DNA from: Cetorhinus maximus
Lineage: Eukaryota
Length of the DNA: 64,000 nt
NCBI RefSeq assembly: GCF_964194155.1
Contig: NC_135909.1
Location: 62,001-126,000 of the forward strand
Reading direction: 5' to 3'
The translations under genes and the position numbers were made by a program. Below, one piece after another: positions 48,420 to 60,780 of the stretch. Below the pieces are notes generated by a model that ran no database searches, was not told where the DNA came from, and was given only the letters and a program-made list of their open reading frames with translations. Position 1 is the first letter of the stretch. Every line of letters starts with the position of its first letter.

Positions 48420-49789
48420 GCTCTTTTTTATATGTTTTGTGCTCATCAAGTTGAGGGATGTTCGTGCTGAAAGTCTGGAAGGAAAATACATAGTTCTTGA
48501 AATCCACAGTATCATAGTGTCATAGAATCTTGCAGCTTGGAAGGAGGCTGTTTGGCCCATGTATCTGTGCTAGCTCTTTGAAAGAACTCTTCAGTTAGTC
48601 CCACTCCCCTGTTCTTTTGAATCAATTGAATCTGCTTCCACCCACCCTTCCAGGCAATGCTTTACAAATCAGAACAACTCACTGTGTAAAAATGTTTCTC
48701 CTTATCTTCCCCTTGATCAACATAGAAAAGTAAGGCCAGTCCGAGGACTTTTTAGTACACTTTCATGATTTTCTTTTTTTATTTCTTGACTACAGATGTA
48801 TGTCTCAAAAGTTATCATTTCAAAATGATTATTCTATCTCAAAACTCACTTTCTCTCAACTGGCTTGTTTTGCCTGCGGCTGCTAGACTTTATGCTGATG
48901 AATATATGTGAGTCTGCTTGGATAGCTTCGGGACTATTTACCATACCTTTTGTCATGTATTTTTTCCATTTGATCTGTTAAGTCTTTTCACTGAATCCCT
49001 GAGACCCAATTCTCCTCTCTGCAATATGTCTGTAAATAGGATTTGACATTTGTATTAAGGCTACAATGTGCCAGATGTATGTGTCAAGCTCCCCTGATGG
49101 CTCAGCTGTTTAAGGTAGAGTGAGTGGTTTGCGTTATCCAGACTGGGAATGGCCCAGATATGAAAAACGGATTGTGCGGGATTAGCTGATCTCAATTGGG
49201 GTGATATCAAGGACATTGCAATTGCCCTCTGCATTACTGGGCTAGTGAGAAATTCATCTAGGTTCCCTGCTTCTGGTCTATTATACTTCAGTGCGTGCTA
49301 GAAGCCATGTGAGACCTGATCCTGCAGGTGCACATTGTCTAAACGTAAAAGTGAAAAATGATTGCTCGATGCCAGAAACTGGATCATTCCATGGAGCCCT
49401 AACCTAGAACAGAGGGTGAAAATTAACAGGAGGAGGATTTTAAAAAAACACTGAAGGTTATTCTTTATCAGGTTCTTTTAAAATGCTGCGGTACCTTAAG
49501 GCCAGTTCCTGTGACAGCACAACCAAGTTCTGCAGATAAAGAGCATGGATTTTGTCGTGGGTTGATCCAATTTCTGAGGACTGTAACAGTGTGGTCTACA
49601 CGTTTATATCTTAAAGAAATTGTAACAGTGAAGAGTGGCACGAAAATAACACAGAAGCTGCTAACAACCTCCAGGCACCATATAATTACAATTGAGAAAT
49701 AATAACATGCAGGATACTGAAGTAGTAGCATTTTACAGCAAAAAAACAAGCAAAAAGCTTGTCAATTTTAATAGGTATCCTCTTATTAC

Positions 49790-50630
49790 ACCCACAAATT
49801 GCGAACACAATTCTCATAAAAGAAGAAACATGTTCATTTAGAGATCACTTTCTTTCCAACCGTAGCCAGAGCATCTCCAACAGTGGCTTCTTTCCCTACC
49901 CCCGCAATGTTATAGCTGGAGTTTGGCCAAGAATTGCTACTTGACTCCTTCCTCTTCCTCAGCTACGCACTGTCCCTTGGCAACTTCATCCAAACCTATG
50001 AACGAGATGACCTCCTGATCCCCTCCACCCCTGTATCCTCTTTGTTCTGCAGACCGTCCACTTCCACCTTGGTACCATTGCCCACTTTAGCCCTGCCTCA
50101 GCCCATCAGTGCTGAAATTATTACCCCTGCCCTTTTTACCTCCAGTCTCGACTATTCCTGTGCTCTCCTTGATGGCCTCCCATCCTCCATACTATAAACT
50201 AAGACTCTGCTATCCCCTTCCTGTTCGACACTAAATCCTACTCATTCTTCATTCCATACAGACCTATATTGATATCCTGCCCCCAATGTCTTGAATTTAA
50301 AATTCACAGCTCCGTGTTTAAATTCCTTTATGGCCTTGCTTCTCTCTATCTCTACAAACTTCTCCTGCAGCTGTAAAATTCCCCTCGAAATCTCCATTTT
50401 CCTGACTTTGGTTCTTGGGCATGGCTCTTCTCTTTGCCTCACAATTGCTGTCTATGTCATCAGCCATCCGGTCCCCATTGTCTGAAACAGCCTCCCTTAA
50501 TCAACCCACATCTCTGCCATTTAAGAGCCTCCTGAAAACTCACCTCTTCGATAAAGCTATTCAACACACCTCCCAATACCTCGTCCTCTGCCTCAGTGCC
50601 CATTTTTGACTGATCATGAAGCACCTTGGA
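49790..50630 (+). mobile_element. Decayed L2 LINE
   Basis: Remnant FTSSLDYSCALLDGLPSS and FKSLLKTHLFDKA, typical of L2 ORF2 C-termini. Confidence 0.7.
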
Positions 50631-51764
50631 GCCTAATTCCTATAATACAATTGTACTTTTTTAGACCACGATACAAGAAAAAAAATACACTTAATGATAT
50701 ACAGTATATTAAATCACATAAAAGTTGAACATATAGTTCTGTAAGAAATTGAACTAAAAGCTTGCATTTGTATAGCCTTTAACAAAGTAAACAATTTAGA
50801 AATTTAGAAACTTAATTTACAAAGATGTCCCATTAGCAGTAGAACAATACTATTGTTCAAACATGGTTACTGTTTTAAGCCCTGCAAAGCAGCAATAGAC
50901 CAGTATCTGAGAACTGGTCTTTTATAAGCTGTCCAAAGCTTGTGAAGGCCTTTGTTATTTTCCCACTGTTTGCTGTAAATATCAAATGCTGTTTTGAAAT
51001 ATGGACACGCAATTGACAGCCATTTTTTGTTCTTTAATGTGTTTTTAAAAAATATATTTTTTAAGATCGAGTTTGCCAATGTGGGGGAGAAACTCTGTTT
51101 GGCAAGTGATACCAAACTGGAGAGCTGGAGAACACTACAGGGGCTGTAGTGTTACCTTGTCTAATTTTACCACTGACGAACACATCAGCTTGAGATGGAA
51201 AACACTGAACAAAAGAGGCTTTAAATATCTTTCTCCACAGATGTTGTCTGACCTGCTGAGAATTACCAGTGTTTTCTGTTTATAATTTAGATTTCCAGTA
51301 TCCGCAGAGAATTGCTTTTGTGTCCGGCTATAAAATCAATAACTATTGCACAGCTTCTTACCTTAACTCATTCTTTCCCGCAACTTCAAAACTATGAACC
51401 TCCTTACTTCCCCCAGTCAATTCTTCATCCGGCACTTCATTTCATGTCCAACTTTGCAGAAGACAGTAAAGTTGGAGGCGTAGGAAATAATTTTGAGGAC
51501 CTAAGAAAACTCCAAGCAGATAATATGATGGTGGAGTGGGCAGAAAAGTAAAAGATGTAATTTAATATCAGTAAATGTGAAGTGGTTTAAAAAATGTGCT
51601 ATACTTTGAAAGGGAAAAAGCTGGATTATGTGAAGGAGCAGATGAATTTGGTTTTTCTATGGATAAAGCCATAAAAAAGTCAAGATATAGAATATTAAAA
51701 TCAGGATGTAAAGCTGAATCTGTATAAAACTTCAGTGAAATGAGCATTTTTGGGCTCCATACTG

Positions 51765-51982
51765 GAGGAAGAAAGAGGAGGTGCGGTGAGGTGAGTGATG
51801 GGGATGGGACTGCCAGGAAGAAGAGGAAAGCCTAAGCCCAGATGGAAGGATGCAGTGACAAGAGACCAAAACACAGCAGGATTGGAAGAAGAATGGGTGA
51901 CTGACAGGAGGAGAGGGAGAAGGGTGTTCAACCAAAATGTGGCCACCCTAAGTAAAATGGGAAAATCTGAAAGAAGAGGAAG
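51765..51982 (+). mobile_element. RTE-clade (Rex3/Expander-like) LINE 3' end inserted in a decayed CR1 (about 51440-52300)
   Basis: LPGRRGKPKPRWKDAVTRD...DRRRGRR resembles the RTE C-terminal GxRxxGRPxxRWxDxVxxD motif; GAA-rich tail; ACTG repeated at 51761 and 51983. Confidence 0.65.
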
Positions 51983-54900
51983 ACTGTGGGAAGAATGTTA
52001 AGATAATAGGAAACACTACAGACTCACTAGGATGCTGCCTAGTCTTGAGGAAGTACAAATATGCATAACTCAGGGTTGTTTCCTTTAGAACAGTGAAGAT
52101 TATTGGGTGGAAGTGAAGCCAAATAGAACAGAACAGATAGAAACTGACCATTTCCAGCAATCAAGGAATCTACAACGAGGCAGGTGAAACATTTTTTTAT
52201 GTACACAGGGGTTCTGAGGCTGTGGAATGTTAGTGATTGAAGCAGAGACTGATCTCAACATTTCCTAATAGATTAGTTGAAAAACGCTGGACACACTTGC
52301 CTGAAGGATGCTGCAAGCAGCAGCCTGATCTTGCACTCCTATTAGCTGACTGCATTGAAATGATGTCCAATGTCCAATATTGGTGGAGGTGTTGGGCATC
52401 ACCATTCAGGCACAGGAAATGTTCTCTGCATCCCAAATTTCTCGGCCATAAGATTAAGTGTGTGGAAAAGGAAAATCTGGAATAAATTGTGATGGTAGGG
52501 CAAGGCTCATCTTTCATGTATGCTCTGCCCGAAGGCAGGTCCTTAGCTCTTTGTCTGCTGATCCTTCATCCTGAGCCATTTTTCTTTGCAGTTTTCTGTC
52601 AGTGCTGGTTTGCCATTGCCTTCCACTCTCAGGCGCAGGGTGAGGAGGCAGGTCTCAAGTCTACCTCGGTTGGAACAGGAATTGAACCTGCGCTGTTGAT
52701 GCTAATCTTAACCATATGGCTAGTCATCTAAGCTAACTGGCCCCCAGGGCAAAGGAGCAGAGGTTTAAATTAGTAAAAGGCGGTTGGCGGATATCAAGAA
52801 ATTATTCTTCAAACAAGAAATAGACGCCGAAGTAGAATAGTGGTTGGAAGCCTTGGAATTGTTTAAGAAACTCTTGGATATTGTAACTGGGTGACCTTAG
52901 GATTTTTCTACCCGAATGAATTAAGGTGATCCAAAGGGCCCTCCTCATGTGTTATCATCTTGTAATTCACTGTGAACTTTTCCCTAAGTGAAAGAAAGAG
53001 AAAGACACAGGGTTTAGAAGGAAAAAGAAGTAGAAACAGAATTGTTTGGCTGAGAGGCAGGCAGGCAAGAGGTTTCTGTTAATGTGGCTCTCATTCCCTC
53101 CCTGGCTATGTAAAAGAAAACGATGTAGATTGATGTCCTTAGATTTTGTTTTCTCTGCCATTCTGTGGAGAAATGCCCAATTTTTCCAGTGTTTTGGCTG
53201 CAATCGAGAATTGGTCTGCATGAGAGACCAAGATTGTCTGAATCAATATGTAAATTTGCTATTTGTTTTAAAAATACAATTGCATTCGGTCACAATTTAC
53301 CTGATGATTTATCTATTAATAAATATGTGTTTAATCATCAGCGTCAAAGTTTATTTTATCTGAATGAATCATCAGCACTTAAAAGAACACAAAGCATGTT
53401 ATGCTGATGGCGTGTTGAATGTGCTTATTTCACATTGTAACTTGAAATTTAATCTCTGATTTGTCATGCTTCATCAGTCCCCTAACCCTATATTCCTGTC
53501 CCTGATTTCCAAGGCAGTGTGATCCCTTTATCTAAAGTGTAAAGAAGGTACTAATGAACTGGATTGTGTTTCTAATTGAACAGAAACTACAATTTCTAGT
53601 TCATTTAGACTAAAGGATAAAGTTAAGTGAGTGATTGCTGCATTCCCATGCGGAGGGAAGTTATTGTGCATTGTAGGGGGAATTAGGAATTAATTCTTGT
53701 GCAGCTCCGGTTCTTGGGGCCGTTCCTGCTCTGAAAATTCAATTGGGAGTTGGCTAAAACCATTGAAAGAAAGATAAAAATCAGATCAAAGGAACATTAA
53801 TTTATTTCTCAGCTCTGGTGGCATTTTATCTGACTAATACCACTATCACAGCAGTCTATAAATAAGTAGTTTCTTCTTCAAACTCATGAAATAAAAGACA
53901 GGTCCTGAGCAAATAAAAATTCCCTCTTTCGTTGCTGAGCTGGGCATGTTAAAAAAAACTGCTGATGGCAAACGGTGAAGGATTAAAAGTTCAGGAGACC
54001 TTGGACCTATAGTCCTATGAGCTGGGTTCAATTGGTTGATTTTGAGAAAAGGGTTGTAGCAAGATAATGAGCATGACAGGGCTAATGCTATACAGATGGT
54101 TAACGATGTGATGGCTATTGAAGAGCCAGAAAGACTAAGTGCAGATGTCACTGCATTTAAAGCCCTTTTAATTAAAAAAAGAGAGATGCAGTGGGTTAAA
54201 CACAAAGAACTGAGGGTACGTTCAGCTTCAGCACATCACAACAAAGTTCCCTCTTCCGGTGTCACTCAGGATTTATTGGACCCCCTACTCTTTAACAATG
54301 TGTGCGGCTGACTTTAACAGGCATGTATCTGTAGTTATACTAGCAGGCCTTTGTAAGAAGACAAAGTAACTGTTTTGCCCATTACCATCCATTTAGAAAG
54401 TGTCTCGTTTTTTAAAGAGGTAGCTATACTTTTTTCCTCTAGAATTTGTTGAACTTTTCAATTATAATGAAAACATATTTATGTTTCTTTGTATTGGAAA
54501 TTAGGGAAAAAATAACTTTTTGAAAAAATGTGGATAATATTTAAAAGCTTTTATTAGTTTGTGGAACATTTGACATGAAAAATCATTCGGCGCCTATTTT
54601 TCATTATCACCATTTTGTTGGTGAGGAGGGATTTTGTATAAGAGATGTGGAGATACCTGAAAGATGAAGGATAAGTACTAAAATATAGGAACATATGAAC
54701 AGATGAGGCCATTCAGCCTCTGAGGTCTGTTTCGTCATTCAGTGAAATCATGGCTGATCTACAACATAACTCCAATTCCTCACCTTTGCCCCATATCCTT
54801 CAATACCTTGGTTAACAAAAATCTATCAATCTCAGATTTAAAATTAACAGTTGATTTAGCATCAAGTATCGCTTGTGGAAGAGAGTTCCAAATTCCTACC

Positions 54901-56666
54901 ACCCTTTGTGTGTAGAGTGTTTCCCTGAAAGATCTGGCTCTAATTTTTAAACTATGGCCTTTCGCTTTAGACTCCCCAGCCAGCAAAAATAGTTTCTCTC
55001 TATCTGTTCCCTTTAATATGTTAAACTTGGACCAAATCACCCCCTAACTTTCTAAATTTCAGGGACTACAAGCCTAGATTGTATAGCCTCTCCTTGTCAA
55101 TCCATGTGCAATCCTTCAGTGCAAGCAGCGAGTTATTTTCTACTTTGGTTAAAATTGTTTCTGACAGTGGTGAGTTACTCTTTGAACTGTGTTTAAAGGA
55201 GATAAGTGGGCAGACATGAGTCACATTGTTTGGTGTGAGGAATAATTCATACTGTTGAGTCATAGAGAAAACTTAATAGCATGTCTGAGAAACAACAAAA
55301 GGAGTGGATGACTATCAGTCCACATAGTTGTTTTTCTTAGAAAGGTGTTTGGCTGATTTTGAAATGTAGTAGCTATAAGGGGGACAAAATCATTTGAAAT
55401 TATTTCAACCTAAGAGAATGGATTAAGGAACAGCAATTAGATTTTTATAGCTATGTCTTTAGGTATCTCCATCAAGTTTTAGATGTTGCACACTGTATTA
55501 AAATGACAAGTCACAGTTGGACAGACTTGTGCATGCAGATACAAAATGGAACAAGCCATGAATAGATATAGTTAGAAAGAAAGGTGGAAACTGTGTGAGG
55601 CAAAGTCAAGGAGAGGGTTATCCAGAGGGAAAAAGCCAGAAACAAACCCAGCTTTAATTGGCAGCATGTTTTTAAATGCCCATGATCTGTTTCTCAGTCT
55701 GCCTGATACTAAATATTAAAGTGGTAGCTGTTGGAGAATGCACTGCAATGCTCCCAAACCTCTTCCCCAGTCATTCTCTAATGGTCAAACCGTCTCTTCA
55801 GGCCATACCGTCCCATTCCCAGATTGTAGAATGGTTTCCAGACCTTGAGACCCTTACTCTCCATTCTGTCGATCGGATCGTAAGATTCATCACTCAGTAA
55901 TCCCATTACTAGCCTCAATAATAATCGAACCCCACTCCCTCCATCCCAGTGCCCTAGACCCTAGGAATGCAAAAATGTCACCATTAGCACACTAACTTTG
56001 AAGGTGCCTGGAATCTTTTTTACAAGTGGCCACAATACAGTTGAAAGACATAGAAGGTTCTAACCTTAGATTGGCCATCTGATGGACCAAGATTCACAGG
56101 TACAGTAAGAGGGAAGAATATTGCTCAGATTGTGGCTTTCTGTTTAAGCAGTGGCCTTCCTGGAACTAATGTAAACAATGCAGAAATGTTGTGACTGCTG
56201 AGAGCTGTGCAAAATGCCTTAGGTGATGTGTCTCCGATTCTTAGTTTTGTATGATGAACATGTAGCTTTTGGTTTCACTTCAGATGGTTGATATTTGAAA
56301 AATCAAGGTTACAAATCCTCTATGTTTATACAAAGCAGATTCAGCAACACTGGTGCAACTCGTGCATGCATGCACTAAATTATGTTTGCAACTTTTTATT
56401 GTTCTGACCACAGTGTTGAAGCATTGTCTTTACAAGCCAGCAATGTCAAACATGTAACCTGTCCAGGAGCAGAGCCAAAAGATCAATCCAGGAGCAAGTG
56501 CCACCACAGACAAAAATTCACTTGTGCCACCACAAGCACTTTCACCCCACTTCAGAGTAAAATAATCTCCCGCAGAGGGTCTTGGATGGCACTGTTGCAG
56601 CATAGTTTATGCTGTAAGATAAATGGGGTATAAAATGAATGACAGAGCAGCCTATTGCTGAGGGGT

Positions 56667-56711
56667 TATTAACATTAGTGAATTATCTTCTTCCTTTTTG
56701 CACAGGTAAGA
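56667..56711 (+). other. Candidate recursive splice site (3'ss immediately followed by 5'ss) in MACROD1 intron 3
   Basis: TATTAAC (branch-like) ... TATCTTCTTCCTTTTTGCACAG|GTAAGA; AG 56704-56705, GT 56706-56707. Confidence 0.5.
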
Positions 56712-58734
56712 AATAATCCCTGAAAAGCCTTTCATACCACTTTATATTTAGCAGTTTCTCAGAAATCCTCCTGTGTGTTAATGCAATTTCAAACTGTGTG
56801 CAGTCCAGGAAGCACGTCCCTGTTGCCTGTATATATTATTTGTGGAGCTTTGCTCTATGTGCTTAGAACCAGCGGTTGATGTGCATGCCTTAAGCACTCC
56901 TCGTCAGTAATGTAGGCTTAAGATGAAATGAAAGGTTTCATTTCAGTTTCCACGTCTAATCCGTTGGAGAGGGTGGGAACTTCAGCAACAGCCTAATTGA
57001 AGTGTTCCATTTCTTTAGGTATTTCTTTGAAGTGAGAGTTGTACTCGCTGATCTCTGGGGAATTGGAACTCTGAATAAATCCTTCTTCGTTTTTAAAAGT
57101 AATGAACAGTAGTGTTGACGGGGACTTGAGTTTGAGAGATTCTTTAGTAATGAACTTGGGTTCTGATGAAGTAAAGAAGCACGTTATTTTTCTTTGATTG
57201 TATACGTTAGGGCAGAAACTAAGAGGCTTCGCTGCTGGTACATTGCTTTAAGAATTGGCTGCAGAATTGGGGTTAAAATGCTGTAGCCTTATTTTCGATG
57301 TAATGAAGCTCTGCCAGTCACAGAGCTTTGCATTTTCTGCCTTTATAATCTATTATTCGGTACCTAAGCAAATGTATCATAAATGTTTTTATAATTAGAT
57401 ACCCTGAGTGAAGGACCCTATAGCGTGGGGCACTACCAAAGTTGAAAGATAATACAAGTTAGAAGAAAAAGGTAATCAGACAATGGTGATTAGATGAAAC
57501 CAAGATTGTGGGGTGGAATTGGATTGAACAGTCTGCTGCTATCATGCATTGTGTCAAAGAATGGTAGATTGTTGCTTATTTTTCCCAATGGTGAATTACT
57601 GAAGTAATCACAATTGAAGGGATGAGATACTTACTAATAAGAGGTTAGGTTACTTTCCCCACGGGAAAGGAGAAAAGAAGGTTCAAGGGATTGAGTTAGT
57701 CTTGGCCATTCTTGTGAAGTATTAAACACGACGGTGATACTGAGCTGTACACTAGGTATTTGAAAGAGGAAAAGACAGATTAACGTTTTGGGTGAGACCC
57801 TTTTTCAGTGCTGGATTCTGATCTCACCTGGAACATTAAACTGCCCTTCAGATGCTGATAGAGCTGTGCATTTTCAGAATTCTATGCTTTTTATTTCAGA
57901 TATTTAGCCAGCATTCATGGGTTTTTATTGTTTTCTCGCTTAAGACTGTGGCTGGATCAAAATCATTGGGAGCAGGTAATATCCCACCCTCCCTTCTGGG
58001 TCATGGGGCATTCCACAGAGAGTCTCTTAAAGAATTTTCAGTGTTTATTCAAGGTTTTAATTCTTAACTATTTGTCCAGATATAGGTCAAAGATAAATGA
58101 GCTAAACCTGTGGCTTCCCCCGATAGATCAGAAAATATTGACTGATTTATCTTCTGTAGAGCTCCCCACCCCTTCTGCCCCAACTGCCTTTCTCTAGTAA
58201 TGCATCCTAATGATTATAGAGTGTTAGCGCAGTCTGATATACTCCACTTTAATTCTTTTTGGTTTGCAGTTTGTGATATACTGTGCTTTTAATGATTTTT
58301 GTGTTAAATGGCTAGTCAAACTATGTACTTAATAAAACAGTATTTTAAAAGTTGTCTGTGACATAATTAGTGCGGATTTATGGAATAATTATTAGCAGCT
58401 GAGCATGAAGAAATTGCATGTTAAGAATATGTTATATTACTTTGGAGTTGTGAAATTAACGTGGATAGAGCCATGCGTTGTAATTTGCATGCCATTATGA
58501 TTTATTGATATATTCGCTTCTGAAATATTGCCAGCTACTTTCAAATTCTAAAACTGCAACCAATGGAATTCCATGGTCCTCTTGCCATCAACTGCACTTA
58601 GAAACCTGACTGTTAGGGCAGCGGCAAATGCTCAATTTCTCGGCGGGCCTTGTAAACTGCTGCCAGATTCCTTGATGTCGGTCTGGCTATAGAGACAGGC
58701 TCTGGGTGAAAATGCAAACTGGGGAATGCCACTG

Positions 58735-58990
58735 TTCTTTCAATGCCTTTGTGGATAAAGGCGTGGCCTAGTAAGAGGCCAAGCTGTGCAGACCAGCAAG
58801 ATCCTAGGTTTAATCCCCAGTCTGAGTTGACAGCATCTGAGCCATAGATGGATCAGTGCAGTTGGCCTCTGTCCCTGGTCTAAGGAGAGAAAAAGTGAAC
58901 TGGGCTCCAGCTCTTGATTAACATCAGTGACCTTTCCTAGAAGTGTGTGCGTGAACATGAGGTTGGGTGAGATATTGATACTCTACTAGT
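58735..58990 (+). mobile_element. Ancient, highly decayed SINE-like family (similar patches at about 23060-23400 -, 36545-36790 +, 43700-44230 -, 49090-49330 +)
   Basis: Loosely shared order of motifs: CAGACCAG-AAG-TCC-AGGTT-AATCCC, TTAGCTGATCTCAG, GTTCC-GCT-CTGAT...CAGTGACC; visual similarity only. Confidence 0.4.
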
Positions 58991-59311
58991 ATCTCCGGAA
59001 CTGTAATGCAGGAAGAGGCTGAATTTCCCCACTTCAATTGCAATTGGTTCTGGCGTTGATGGAGGCCTCAAAGTGCAGGTCAATTGATTGTTCTAGTTTA
59101 AACTTTTGTTTGACAGCAAGTGGTGAGGCAGAAAGTCCAAACTAAGGGAAAGAGGAGGCCTAAAGAGTCATTTTTTATCAAGCTTACAACTAACCAAAGG
59201 AGTACTGGACAATGTTGGAGCTGCACTGTACATCACTACAGAGTGGTAGGCAGTAGGTTTCTGCCTACAATTCCTATTGCGAGAAGTTAATTAGCCTCAG
59301 CAATATAAGAA

Positions 59312-60780
59312 CAACAATTTGCATTTATATAGTGCCTTTAATGCAGAAAAACATCCCAAGGCACTTCACTGAAATGTTATCAGACAAAATTTTTCATCAA
59401 GCCATGGAAGGAGATATTAGGAAAATTTGATCAAAGAGATGTTTTAAGGAGAGGGGTGAGGAGAGAGACGGAGAGTTTTTGGACCTAGCTAGTTGAAAGC
59501 ATGGCTGCCAGTTGAGGGATGAAAGAAGCCAGAAGTGGACTAGAGGACAGAATTGAAGGACCACTCATACCACAGATCTTGGAAGGTTGTAGAGCTGGAG
59601 GAGATTACAGAGCTGGAGAGAGGGGCAAGGTAATGGGGGTATTTGGACATGAGGATGAGAATTTTAAAGTTGAGGCTGGACCTGGAGCAAACATAGGTCA
59701 ATGAATACAGGTGTGATGGGTGAACTGGATTGGTGTGAGTTAGAATAATGCAGAGTTAGAATACATGCAACAGAGCTTTGGATGAGCTGAAGTTTATGTA
59801 GGGTGGAAGATTAGAGGCCAGCCAGGAGAGCATTGTAATTTTGGAGTCTGGAGGTAGCAAAAGCATGGATGATGGTTTTAGCAGTAGACAGGCTGAGACA
59901 GCAGGGTGGTGGATGATAGTTTGCAGCTGAAAATAAGCTGTCTTAATGATGGAGAGGATATGTGGTCAGAAACTTAGGATCAGCTAGGATGCTGAGGTTG
60001 TGAACAGTCTGGTTCAGTCTCAGACTTTGTACAGGAAAGGGCATGGAATCAGTGGCTAAGGAATGAAGTTTGTGCCCGGGGCTAAAGGCAATGGCTTTGG
60101 TCTTCTCAGTATTTAATTTGAGGAAATTTCTACTCATCCACTGCTGGATGTCAGACAAGCAGCATGACAAATTATGAGACAATTGAGGGGTCGAGAGAGT
60201 TGATGGTGAGGCAGAGCTGAGTGTTAACGGTGTGCATGTGGAAAATGATATTGTGTTTTCAGACGGTATCGCCAAATAAATAGATGAGAAAAAAGAGGGG
60301 AGCAATGTTGATCCTTGGGGGACCCAGAGGCAACAGTGCGAGAGCAGGAAGAAAAGCTATTGCAGGAGATTCTCTGGATATGACTGGATAGATAAGGAAT
60401 TAGGCAAGGGTAGCTGTATATTAGAGGAGAAGGAGGATGGTGTGTTCAACTGTGTCAAAAGCTGCAGACAGATTGAGAAGAATAAAAAGGGATAATGCAC
60501 CACTGTCGCAAAGGATGTCATTTTAGACTTTGATGAGGCCTGTTTTAGTGTTGTGACGGAGGCAGAAACCTGATTGGAAAGTTTTAAGCAGAGTTGTGGG
60601 AGAGATGGGCACAGGTTTGGGAAGCGACAACATATTCAAGGAATTTGTAGAGGAAAGGGAGGTAGATTGCAAGGACGGAGGAGTCAAGAGCAGGTATTTT
60701 GAGGAGGGGGGTTCTACGTTAGATTTGAAAGTGGAAATGCAGTTGTAGGGAGGTGCTTGGCGGTAAGTAAATGTAGTAAA
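59312..60780 (-). mobile_element. Decayed L2 LINE (RT and 3' end)
   Basis: FQSGFCLRHNTKTGLIKV and LSCCLSDIQQWMSRNFLKLNTEKTK remnants; tail rc of CACTATATAAATGCAAATTGTTGTT. Confidence 0.85.
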
